Position numbers and translations under genes: made by a program
Assembly (NCBI GenBank): GCA_965656585.1
Contig: CBFHLD010000001.1
Coordinates: 1-49,640 of the forward strand
DNA from: Candidatus Izemoplasmataceae bacterium
GTDB taxonomy: Bacteria; Bacillota_I; Bacilli_A; Izemoplasmatales; Izemoplasmataceae
Length of the DNA stretch: 49,640 nt
Reading direction: 5' to 3'
Part shown: positions 39,307 through 47,110 of the stretch, piece by piece
Layout of the letters: the number at the start of each line of letters is the position of its first letter
How positions within the stretch are numbered: position 1 is the first letter of the stretch
The notes under the pieces: generated by a model
What the model was told of the DNA's origin: nothing
The model's input: only the letters and a program-made list of their open reading frames with translations
The model's database searches: none

Positions 39307-40202
39307 TGGTTTTAGATACCGTCACTTACGGCGATGAAAAACAAAACCGCCGCAAAGCCAGAATCCGGTTCTCCTTAGTGCTCACGATGCTTATCCTATT
39401 TGGGATTTTCGTCATTATTCCGTTTTATTGGATGATTTTAACCGCCTTTAAAACCGAAGCCCAAGTTTTAACCGCGCCACCCATTTTATGGTTAAACCCC
39501 GTTAATTGGCAGTTTTCGAACTTTGCTACGGCTATGGATACGGCCCCGTTCTTAAGGTATATGGCCAATACCGTTTTAGTCTCTTCCATCTCAACGGTCG
39601 GGACGGTCATTACCACAGTATTTGCTGCCTTCGCGTTTGCAAGGCTCAATTTTAATGGCCGTGATTTCCTCTTTATGATTTTAATCTCAACGATGATGAT
39701 TCCTGGTGAAATTTTTGTCATCACTAACTTCTTAACGGTGGTTGAACTCGGGTGGATTCAAAACCAAACCTACATGAATGCCATACTCGCGATGACACTT
39801 CCGTTTATGACCAGCATCTTTTATATCTTCTTTTTAAGACAATCCTTCAGACAAATACCAGATGAACTCTACTACGCGGCGAAAGTCGATGGGACGACCG
39901 ATCTCAAATACCTCTTTAAGATTATGGTTCCCATTGCGCTTCCCACCATCATTACCATCACGATCCTGAATGCGATGGGGACATGGAATGCCTACATATG
40001 GCCGCGCCTTGTCACCCAGCAACAAGAATTTAGATTGGTATCCAACGGATTGCGTGATGCCTTTAGTAATATTGCGGGACGCATACTTTATAACGAACAA
40101 ATGGCCGCCGCCTTACTCGTCACGTTCCCGCTCTTAGTGGTTTTCTTGTTACTTAAAAAATATATCATTCGTGGGGTTTCACGAAGTGGTATTAAAGGGT
40201 AA
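39306..40202 (+). CDS. ABC sugar-type permease (MalG/UgpE-like)
   Basis: Six TM segments and the EAA loop DELYYAAKVDGTTDLKYLFKIMVPIALP. Confidence 0.9.
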   Translation: MVLDTVTYGDEKQNRRKARIRFSLVLTMLILFGIFVIIPFYWMILTAFKTEAQVLTAPPILWLNPVNWQFSNFATAMDTAPFLRYMANTVLVSSISTVGTVITTVFAAFAFARLNFNGRDFLFMILISTMMIPGEIFVITNFLTVVELGWIQNQTYMNAILAMTLPFMTSIFYIFFLRQSFRQIPDELYYAAKVDGTTDLKYLFKIMVPIALPTIITITILNAMGTWNAYIWPRLVTQQQEFRLVSNGLRDAFSNIAGRILYNEQMAAALLVTFPLLVVFLLLKKYIIRGVSRSGIKG

Positions 40203-40235
40203 AACGAAATTAAAATAATTTGTGGAGGAAATTTC

Positions 40236-41624
40236 ATGAAAAAAGGATTACTGCTTTCTGTAACCTTATTATTAGTACTCACTTTGAGTGCCTGTTTAGG
40301 GGGCGGGGGCCGCGAAGAAACTACGGTCGATATTCCCGATGCACTCCCCAATGAACCGATTGAAATCGTCATTTGGCATGCCTTTGGCGAAGACAATCAA
40401 GCTTTACTGCAAGAGATGTTTGATTCATTCAATCAAGAATATCCCCAAGTCACCATCACCCAGTTGGGTCAAGGGGGGTATGATGGGCTGAGAGAATCAA
40501 CCATTCAATCGATCGTGGCAGGCACCACACCAACCATCGTCTTTGGTTACCCCGATCACTTCGTGGAGTATCTGAACGGGAATGCGTTAGTTCCCCTGGA
40601 TGAATACATCAATCACGACGTTCACGGTGTTGATCTCAATGATTTCGTCGATGGTTTCTTAGCAGAAAACCAACAGTATTTAGATGGCAATCAATATTCC
40701 ATGCCATTTGCTAAATCGACTGAAATGGTGGTTTACAACAAAGATTTCTTTGACGCTCAAGGCATTGAACTTTCCAGAACCACACCCCTCACTTGGGATG
40801 AACTGGAAGAACTAGCGGATGACATGGTCGGCAGTGGCGCCAACCAATGTGATTTCCTCTTTAACGCCGATAGCGCCTCCAACTTCTTCATCAACAGTTC
40901 ACGTCAATGGGACGCTGGGTATACGGACGGGGAAGGCAATATTTTAGTCGATAACGCCGATACTCGTGACATGCTCAATTACTTTGATGGGTTATTCGCC
41001 CAAGATGTTGTGAGTTTCCCGATTGAATGGGATGAAAATTATGGGTCTGAACCCTTTAAAGATGGACTCGTATGTATGTCTCAAGGCTCCACTGCTGGAA
41101 CGCGTTATAACATTCCAGATGAAGAAAGTCCATTTAATGAGATGGGAATCATCCCCGTCATTCAAAAAGATTTAGACAACGCATCAGTTATGCAACAAGG
41201 TCCGAACGTTGCGGTAATATCGGATGCGGACAATAACCAACGCTTAGCTGCATGGTTACTCTTGAAACATATGACCAACACAGAAAACACCGCTGATTTT
41301 GCCATGGCAACCGGATACGTTCCCGTGAGAAAATCCGGCTTTGAAACTGCGGAATATCAAGAATTCTTAAGCATTGTAGACAAATATGACTCTGAAGGCT
41401 TAGCGGGCTTAAGTCCGACTGAACGTCTTGATTTACCGTTTGCGATGGCCGCTACGGTTGCTTACGCCCAAGTGGATTGGTATGAATTTGATCCTGCCTT
41501 CGTCGGCCGTGTCACTTCATCAGGGGCACGTCAAGAATCTGGCCTTGCGTTTGAAGCGATTTATGCCGGAACTCGTACCGTTGAAGAAGCCATTGAACGG
41601 ATGTTGAATCAACTGGGGCAATAA
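40236..41624 (+). CDS. Family-1 extracellular solute-binding lipoprotein (CUT1 type); substrate unknown
   Basis: Signal peptide with lipobox LSAC. A Gly-rich tether is followed by a typical family-1 SBP start (IEIVIWHAFGEDNQALLQEMFDSFNQEYP). The protein is very acidic. Length 462 aa. Confidence 0.88.
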   Translation: MKKGLLLSVTLLLVLTLSACLGGGGREETTVDIPDALPNEPIEIVIWHAFGEDNQALLQEMFDSFNQEYPQVTITQLGQGGYDGLRESTIQSIVAGTTPTIVFGYPDHFVEYLNGNALVPLDEYINHDVHGVDLNDFVDGFLAENQQYLDGNQYSMPFAKSTEMVVYNKDFFDAQGIELSRTTPLTWDELEELADDMVGSGANQCDFLFNADSASNFFINSSRQWDAGYTDGEGNILVDNADTRDMLNYFDGLFAQDVVSFPIEWDENYGSEPFKDGLVCMSQGSTAGTRYNIPDEESPFNEMGIIPVIQKDLDNASVMQQGPNVAVISDADNNQRLAAWLLLKHMTNTENTADFAMATGYVPVRKSGFETAEYQEFLSIVDKYDSEGLAGLSPTERLDLPFAMAATVAYAQVDWYEFDPAFVGRVTSSGARQESGLAFEAIYAGTRTVEEAIERMLNQLGQ

Positions 41625-41643
41625 CCCATTAAGGATGATTTAG

Positions 41644-42510
41644 ATGAATAAAATCTTCACACTTCTCATCATAACGTTATTCAGTGGAATGCTTTTAGCG
41701 TGTGAAGAAACTGAACCAGAACCCACCGTTTTTGAGATTTCTACTGAATGGTCCGATGCGCTCGATTTACAAGCCGTTGAATATGAAGGTAGAGAATTCT
41801 TAAAAGATGGCATCGGGGAAGTCATGTTAGACCGATGTGTGGATGGGGACACCACGTATTTCACCTATGGAGACATCCGGCCATTCAGTGTCCGCTATTT
41901 AGGCATTGATACCCGGGAGTCGACCGCCCAAGTGCAGCCATGGGGGTTTGCCGCTTCGGATTATAATTGCGAACTCTTAACGGCCGCTGAAACCATTGTC
42001 TTAGAAATGGATGCTTCAGCGGGACGCACCGACAACTATGGCCGGTATCTTGCCTATGTATGGGCCGATGGAAAACTGGTCAATTTACAAATGGTTGAGC
42101 AAGCCTTTGCGCCGGCCGTTGGAACGGGCGGGCTCAAATATGGCGATGAACTCTTTGCGGCTCAAACGCATGCGAAACTCACAGGCCTTAAGATTTGGGG
42201 AGAAACGGACCCCAGCTTCATCGGAGATCCATTGGATGTCACCATGGAAGAATTACTGGAAAACCCCGAAAATTATCGCGACCGCTTTTTAAATGTCGAA
42301 GGGACCATCACGGCCCGTGATGGCGGCGACTTCTATTTTGGGAATGATTCAGGCAGCATTTTTGTCTTTACCCAAAGCCAAATCTCTTCGATTATTGCCG
42401 ATGAATTTACCGTGGGAAGTAACCTGATTCTCAATGACGTTTACTTAACGGACCGTAGCGGTGAATGGCAACTCACTAACTTCAATATCCGGGAAGTTAC
42501 ATTCCCTTAA
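41644..42510 (+). CDS. Lipoprotein with a staphylococcal-nuclease (SNase/thermonuclease) domain plus a C-terminal OB-like barrel
   Basis: Lipobox LLAC. VDGDT, VRYLGIDTRES, RTDNYGRYLAYVWADGKLVNLQMVEQAFA and LKIWGE parallel S. aureus nuclease A (IDGDT, [45 protein letters not shown]). The C-terminal segment is FLNVEGTITARDGGDFYFGNDSGSIFVF. Confidence 0.88.
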   Translation: MNKIFTLLIITLFSGMLLACEETEPEPTVFEISTEWSDALDLQAVEYEGREFLKDGIGEVMLDRCVDGDTTYFTYGDIRPFSVRYLGIDTRESTAQVQPWGFAASDYNCELLTAAETIVLEMDASAGRTDNYGRYLAYVWADGKLVNLQMVEQAFAPAVGTGGLKYGDELFAAQTHAKLTGLKIWGETDPSFIGDPLDVTMEELLENPENYRDRFLNVEGTITARDGGDFYFGNDSGSIFVFTQSQISSIIADEFTVGSNLILNDVYLTDRSGEWQLTNFNIREVTFP

Positions 42511-42536
42511 AAAAACGAATACATTAAAGTGGAGGA

Positions 42537-45176
42537 ATGGATTTGAAAAAATTATTATTGGCTTTTGCATTAGTGGCCGGACTCTTTACGCTTGCTGCTT
42601 GTGGCGGTGAGACTGAAGAACCGGTGAATCAAGATTTAGAATTGGTGGAAGATGCACGGGATTCGTTATTGCTTTCCGGGCTTGATTCAGTCACCAGCAA
42701 TTTGAATTTACCAAGCTCCGGACGGAACAGTACGACGATCACTTGGTCATCGTCTGATCCTTCCGTCATTGCGAATGACGGAACGGTGACACGCCCCGCA
42801 GAAGGCGAAGATAACGTGACCGTGACACTGACGGCAACCGTATCACTCAATGATGAAAGTGTGACACGTTCATTTGAGGCGTTTGTCTTAGCGTTTGAGC
42901 CCAGTAACTCATTTACAAACTTTACTGAGCTTTTTGAAGCATCTAATATCAATGATTTAATTACCGCTGAAGGCGTTGTATCAAGCGTCTTTGACGGTGG
43001 GTTCTTCATTTATGATGGTGCTGAGCACCTTGGGGTTTACATTGGTTCAGGCGGAACGGGCGGGGGTCTTGTCGACCTTGGCGATGAAGTCCGCGTCACA
43101 GGACTATATGCGCGTTACTACACACTCTATCAACTTGGGGATGTAGAAAACGTCGAAGTCGTGTCTTCAGGAAATTCTGTGGACATTGAAGCGACCCCAA
43201 TTACCATCGAAGCATGGAACGCACTCACGTTAGACGACCCACTGATTCATGGGGACTTTTATGAAGTCACCGGGACACTGGTTCAACAAGGCGAATTTAA
43301 CAACTTATTCTTAACGTCCAGTGAATCAGATGATGAAATCTTAGTCTATTACTACTCCGATGCGGATTCATTAACTGCGTTAGAAGAGTTTGTGGGCCGC
43401 ACCATTACTTTAGAGCTCGTTTATTATACGAATCACGCATCTAACGGCATCATGGCCTCTTATTATGGCGATGGGTCTGATGTGGTGGTGGCAGAACTCA
43501 CCGATGCGCAAAAACTTGAACTCGACGTTGAAGTCTTAGAAGGCATGTCCTTTGTAACATACGGGGATGCAGTTGAACTTCCTGCCACGGGCTCTAACGG
43601 AACGACCTTCTCAAACTGGGCTTCAGGCGACGTTGACCTCTTAGGCAATGATGGATCTTATGTTGCATTGCCTGCAACCCCAACCGATGTCACATTTACC
43701 GCAACCGCGACGTTGGGCGATGAAACTAGCGAGGTAGAAATTACCGTCCAATCTCTGGCTGAAATCAGCATTGAGGATGCTTTAGAAGTTGACCCAGGCG
43801 GTTATGTTTGGTTCTCGGGTAAAGTCGTCGATATTATTGATGGAAACAGTGGATTCTTCTTATATGACGAAACTGGTGTGATTTACGTCCGTGATACTGA
43901 CTTCTACAGTGAAAACTCTGAGGCTGTAGTTGTGGGAGATTCTTGGACCTTTGTCGGTGCCAGAACCGATTATCGCGGACTGCCTCAAGTGGCCTCCATT
44001 GATTTCTTTGAAGCCAGCGAGGAAACCTTTGCCGATGAACCTGCTCCAACCTATGCGACGGTTCAAGATATCGTTGAAGGAAACGTCGTTCCGGGCCAAA
44101 AATATTTAGTCTATGGAACCGCAACAACGGTCGAAGAACAATACACCAACTATGAGCTTCAAGATGGTGAATTTGCGATTCAACTGCACTTCCAAACAAA
44201 CAATTCAGCCATTGCTGAATTTAATGGCCAAGAAGTCATTTTAGAAGTCCGTCCATTCCAATGGGATAATGATCCAAGCTATGTGGCCTACTTCGGAACC
44301 GCCGAAGATGTCGATGCCGACATCAGTGATGATGAAAAAGCTGAAGTTGCTGCGAAAGCGGTTCGCTTACCCTTTGACCTTGATGGCAATGGCGTAGCCG
44401 ATACGGTGTATGACGATGTTACATTACCAACCACCGGCAAATTTGACCTTGCTTTATCGTGGAGTTCCAGTGCGTCGGGAAGCTTAGCAAATGATGGAAC
44501 CGTCACGTTAGGTGCGGAAGCGGTTGATGTCGTCTTAACCTTAACCGTAGGAACCGTGACCCGTGAATTCACCGTCGAAGTTGGACCTGAACCCATGGAT
44601 GTCACCAGTGCTCTTGCCGCTGAAGATGGCGATACCATCTTAGTGGAGGGCGTCGTGGTCAGTATTGATCCGCATACTAATGGATTCTTCATCCAAGATG
44701 CCGATGGAACCGGGATTTATGTCGGCGACTTCGGGGATGATGAATTGAAATCACAAGTTTCTGTAGGCGATAAAGTCTGGGTCTTAGGGACCCGTGATAC
44801 TTACACACGTTTTGGCAATAATCAAGCCCAAGTATGGCAAGCTGAGTATATTGCTCAAGCCTCTGAAGGGAACGACGTCTTTGTGACGAAAGATATGACC
44901 GGCGATCAAATCATTGCCGATTTCCCTAATGCCAACTCTAGACGTTTTGAAGCGACTTTAACTGTTGATGAGTATGATGGGTTCTCCCATGTATTCTTCT
45001 CCACAACGGATGAAACCCTTGAAATGCGCCTTACCTTTGACATTCGTAATGTTGAAGGATGGGATGAAGATACCTATCCTGTAGGTACTGAAATTACCAT
45101 TGCATTTACAACACAACGCATTCATTTCGATAATTACCGCGTGGTAGATGTTGTGATTGTCCAAGGAGCCGAATAA
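42537..45176 (+). CDS. Large acidic lipoprotein made of three tandem [Ig-like repeat + two OB-like beta-barrels] modules; no catalytic motif seen
   Basis: Lipobox LAAC. The Ig-like repeats are at aa 55-118, 345-405 and 627-682 (LPxxGxNxxxIxWSSxxxxxxxNDGxVT....DVxxTLTAT pattern). The OB-like segments carry (E/S)G.VV....(x)GFF(I/L).D..G.(I/V)Y(V/I) at aa 145-170, 427-452 and 703-730. TTG 42543 (GGAGG 7 nt upstream) is a more likely start than ATG 42537 (1-nt spacing). Confidence 0.8.
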   Translation: MDLKKLLLAFALVAGLFTLAACGGETEEPVNQDLELVEDARDSLLLSGLDSVTSNLNLPSSGRNSTTITWSSSDPSVIANDGTVTRPAEGEDNVTVTLTATVSLNDESVTRSFEAFVLAFEPSNSFTNFTELFEASNINDLITAEGVVSSVFDGGFFIYDGAEHLGVYIGSGGTGGGLVDLGDEVRVTGLYARYYTLYQLGDVENVEVVSSGNSVDIEATPITIEAWNALTLDDPLIHGDFYEVTGTLVQQGEFNNLFLTSSESDDEILVYYYSDADSLTALEEFVGRTITLELVYYTNHASNGIMASYYGDGSDVVVAELTDAQKLELDVEVLEGMSFVTYGDAVELPATGSNGTTFSNWASGDVDLLGNDGSYVALPATPTDVTFTATATLGDETSEVEITVQSLAEISIEDALEVDPGGYVWFSGKVVDIIDGNSGFFLYDETGVIYVRDTDFYSENSEAVVVGDSWTFVGARTDYRGLPQVASIDFFEASEETFADEPAPTYATVQDIVEGNVVPGQKYLVYGTATTVEEQYTNYELQDGEFAIQLHFQTNNSAIAEFNGQEVILEVRPFQWDNDPSYVAYFGTAEDVDADISDDEKAEVAAKAVRLPFDLDGNGVADTVYDDVTLPTTGKFDLALSWSSSASGSLANDGTVTLGAEAVDVVLTLTVGTVTREFTVEVGPEPMDVTSALAAEDGDTILVEGVVVSIDPHTNGFFIQDADGTGIYVGDFGDDELKSQVSVGDKVWVLGTRDTYTRFGNNQAQVWQAEYIAQASEGNDVFVTKDMTGDQIIADFPNANSRRFEATLTVDEYDGFSHVFFSTTDETLEMRLTFDIRNVEGWDEDTYPVGTEITIAFTTQRIHFDNYRVVDVVIVQGAE

Positions 45177-45182
45177 CACATT

Positions 45183-45212
45183 AAAAAGGGCTACTTCGGT
45201 AGCCCTTTTTTT
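45183..45212 (+). terminator. Strong intrinsic terminator after the 879-aa lipoprotein gene
   Basis: aaaaagggctac-ttcg-gtagcccttttt with a T7 run. It is followed by an extended -10-like tgatacaat (45224-45232). Confidence 0.85.
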
Positions 45213-45257
45213 CTTGAAACCTATGATACAATGGGCTGTTAATGAAAGGATGTACTT

Positions 45258-46175
45258 ATGTTTAGATGGATCATATTGGTCCTGGTTTTAACCTTAACTG
45301 CGTGTCAAAATCAGCCCCAAGTTTTACCCGATTTAGCGGGACAAACCCAAGAAGAAATCGAAGTGACTTTAGAAGCCTTCGATTTAGAAGTGGATTTTAT
45401 TGAGCGAACCTTTGTAACACTTGATGAATCACGAGAATTTATTGAATATGGTCAGCTCAAAAGTGTCGGAGATCCGATTGAGCCAGGGGATTATATTACC
45501 GTGATAGTGAGTGCGTCTAAAATCGACGAGAGTATTTATTATGTGACATCTTTATTGCCGTATGATGGTCCTAGACTTTTAGAGTCGTTCTTTGATTTTC
45601 CGTATGTGATCGACCATCCGGATGGCCTCAAAGGTGGCGGAAAAGTCTTTGAAGTCACCTTGCAAGATAACAATGGGTGTGTGGACGGTGATACCGCACG
45701 GTTTGAAGTTCCAGAGGATTTTCAAGCGTATACCAACACGCCATTTATCAGTGTTCGCTTCTTGAATTTTGATACTGCAGAAACCTTTGATGGCGGTGAA
45801 GAAGTGTTTGGTAAACCGGCTTCCGTATTTACGTGCGATGCGTTACAAGAGACTTCCGCTATTTATCTTCAAACCGACCCTGGAGATTTTCTTTTTGACC
45901 GCTACGGTCGGACCCTCGCGTGGGTGTGGATTGAAGTCGACGGAAATATCGAACTCCTTAATTATCACGTTGTCCGGGCGGGCCTCGGCGAAGTGATGTA
46001 TTTATACGGAGCGGGTGAAACCGACACGACCGTCGTGGATGGGTTAACCTACACTGAATGGATGTACGAAGCTGAACGCTTGGCTGAAAACGAATCCCTT
46101 GGGATTCATGGCGACTTACTGGATTATTACTGGGATTACGAGAACGATGCGCCCAATCCGTACACGTGGCCTTAG
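45258..46175 (+). CDS. Lipoprotein with an N-terminal PASTA-like module and an SNase/thermonuclease domain
   Basis: Lipobox LTAC. LPDLAGQTQEEIEVTLEAFDLEV....GDPIEPGDYITVIVS is PASTA-like. The SNase motifs are VDGDT, VRFLNFDTAET, FDRYGRTLAWVW and LGIHGD. Confidence 0.82.
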   Translation: MFRWIILVLVLTLTACQNQPQVLPDLAGQTQEEIEVTLEAFDLEVDFIERTFVTLDESREFIEYGQLKSVGDPIEPGDYITVIVSASKIDESIYYVTSLLPYDGPRLLESFFDFPYVIDHPDGLKGGGKVFEVTLQDNNGCVDGDTARFEVPEDFQAYTNTPFISVRFLNFDTAETFDGGEEVFGKPASVFTCDALQETSAIYLQTDPGDFLFDRYGRTLAWVWIEVDGNIELLNYHVVRAGLGEVMYLYGAGETDTTVVDGLTYTEWMYEAERLAENESLGIHGDLLDYYWDYENDAPNPYTWP

Positions 46176-46183
46176 GAGTATGT

Positions 46184-47110
46184 ATGATTAAAACGATTAA
46201 AAACTGGATTGAATCTGCCGAAACCATTGTTATTCACCGGCATCATGAACCCGATTATGATGCCTTAGGATCACAGTGGGGACTTAAGTATTTAATTGAA
46301 GATAATTATCCTGGAAAAAAAGTATACGTTTTGGGTTTAAATAATCATCTCAATGCTTTACCGCCCATGGATGAAGTGGCAGACACCATTTTTGGGGACG
46401 CCTTAGGGATTGTGGTGGACGTATCACAAACGCACCGCGTGGACGATGCGCGTGTTTTAAAAACACCTAAAAAAATTGTCATCGATCACCATCAAAATCC
46501 ATCTGATTTTGCGGATCTTTTTTATCATCAACCTCAGTCGATCGCCGCCGCTGAAGTCATTACACTTTTAGCCTTAGAACTTGGTTGGAAAATTACACAC
46601 CGTAGCGCCCATGCTTTGATGCTTGGCATCATTTCTGACAGTGGCCGTTTCTTGTATAAAGGTGTCACAGACAAAACATTTGAAGCTGCCAACATCTTAA
46701 TGAAAACAGGACTGGATTTAAATGCGATGTATGAATCCATGTATACAGATTCATTGAGTTATAAACGCTTGAGAGGGTACGCCTTAAGACAATTTCAAGT
46801 TCTAAAAAGTGGCGTTGCCATTTTAAGAAATGGCAAAGAAATTAAAGAGCGTTACGGGGTCAGCGAGTTCACGGTATCCAGAGGACTCGTGAATGTGATG
46901 GGCCAACTTGAAGGGGTAGAAATGTGGGTTAATTTCACCGAAACCGACTCCGGAGAGGTTCTTGTCGAACTGAGAAGCCGGGACGTACCAGTGAATGATG
47001 TCGCCCTCAAATATGGCGGGGGTGGTCATTTACTCGCTGCCGGATGTATATTAAAAAATTGGAACGATAGCCACCAACTGATTCACGATTTAGAAAGGAA
47101 ACTCGCATGA
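46184..47110 (+). CDS. DHH/DHHA1-family phosphoesterase (NrnA-like oligonucleotidase / pAp phosphatase), paralog 1
   Basis: DHH motifs I-IV are HRHHEPDYDALGS, VVDVS, VIDHHQN and GIISDSGRF. The DHHA1 motif is GGGGHLLAAG. I chose ATG 46184 (RBS aggag 5 nt upstream) over the track's GTG 46166. Confidence 0.88.
   Translation: MIKTIKNWIESAETIVIHRHHEPDYDALGSQWGLKYLIEDNYPGKKVYVLGLNNHLNALPPMDEVADTIFGDALGIVVDVSQTHRVDDARVLKTPKKIVIDHHQNPSDFADLFYHQPQSIAAAEVITLLALELGWKITHRSAHALMLGIISDSGRFLYKGVTDKTFEAANILMKTGLDLNAMYESMYTDSLSYKRLRGYALRQFQVLKSGVAILRNGKEIKERYGVSEFTVSRGLVNVMGQLEGVEMWVNFTETDSGEVLVELRSRDVPVNDVALKYGGGGHLLAAGCILKNWNDSHQLIHDLERKLA

Noticed and set aside
42629-45179. Long antisense ORFs within the 879-aa lipoprotein gene (42629-43009, 43463-43648, 43834-44199, 43860-44099, 44288-44692, 44958-45179)
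   Set aside because: The sense strand is rich in GAN/GTN codons, which suppresses stop codons on the antisense strand. These ORFs have no RBS, and their translations are low-complexity (Ser/Thr/Arg-rich).
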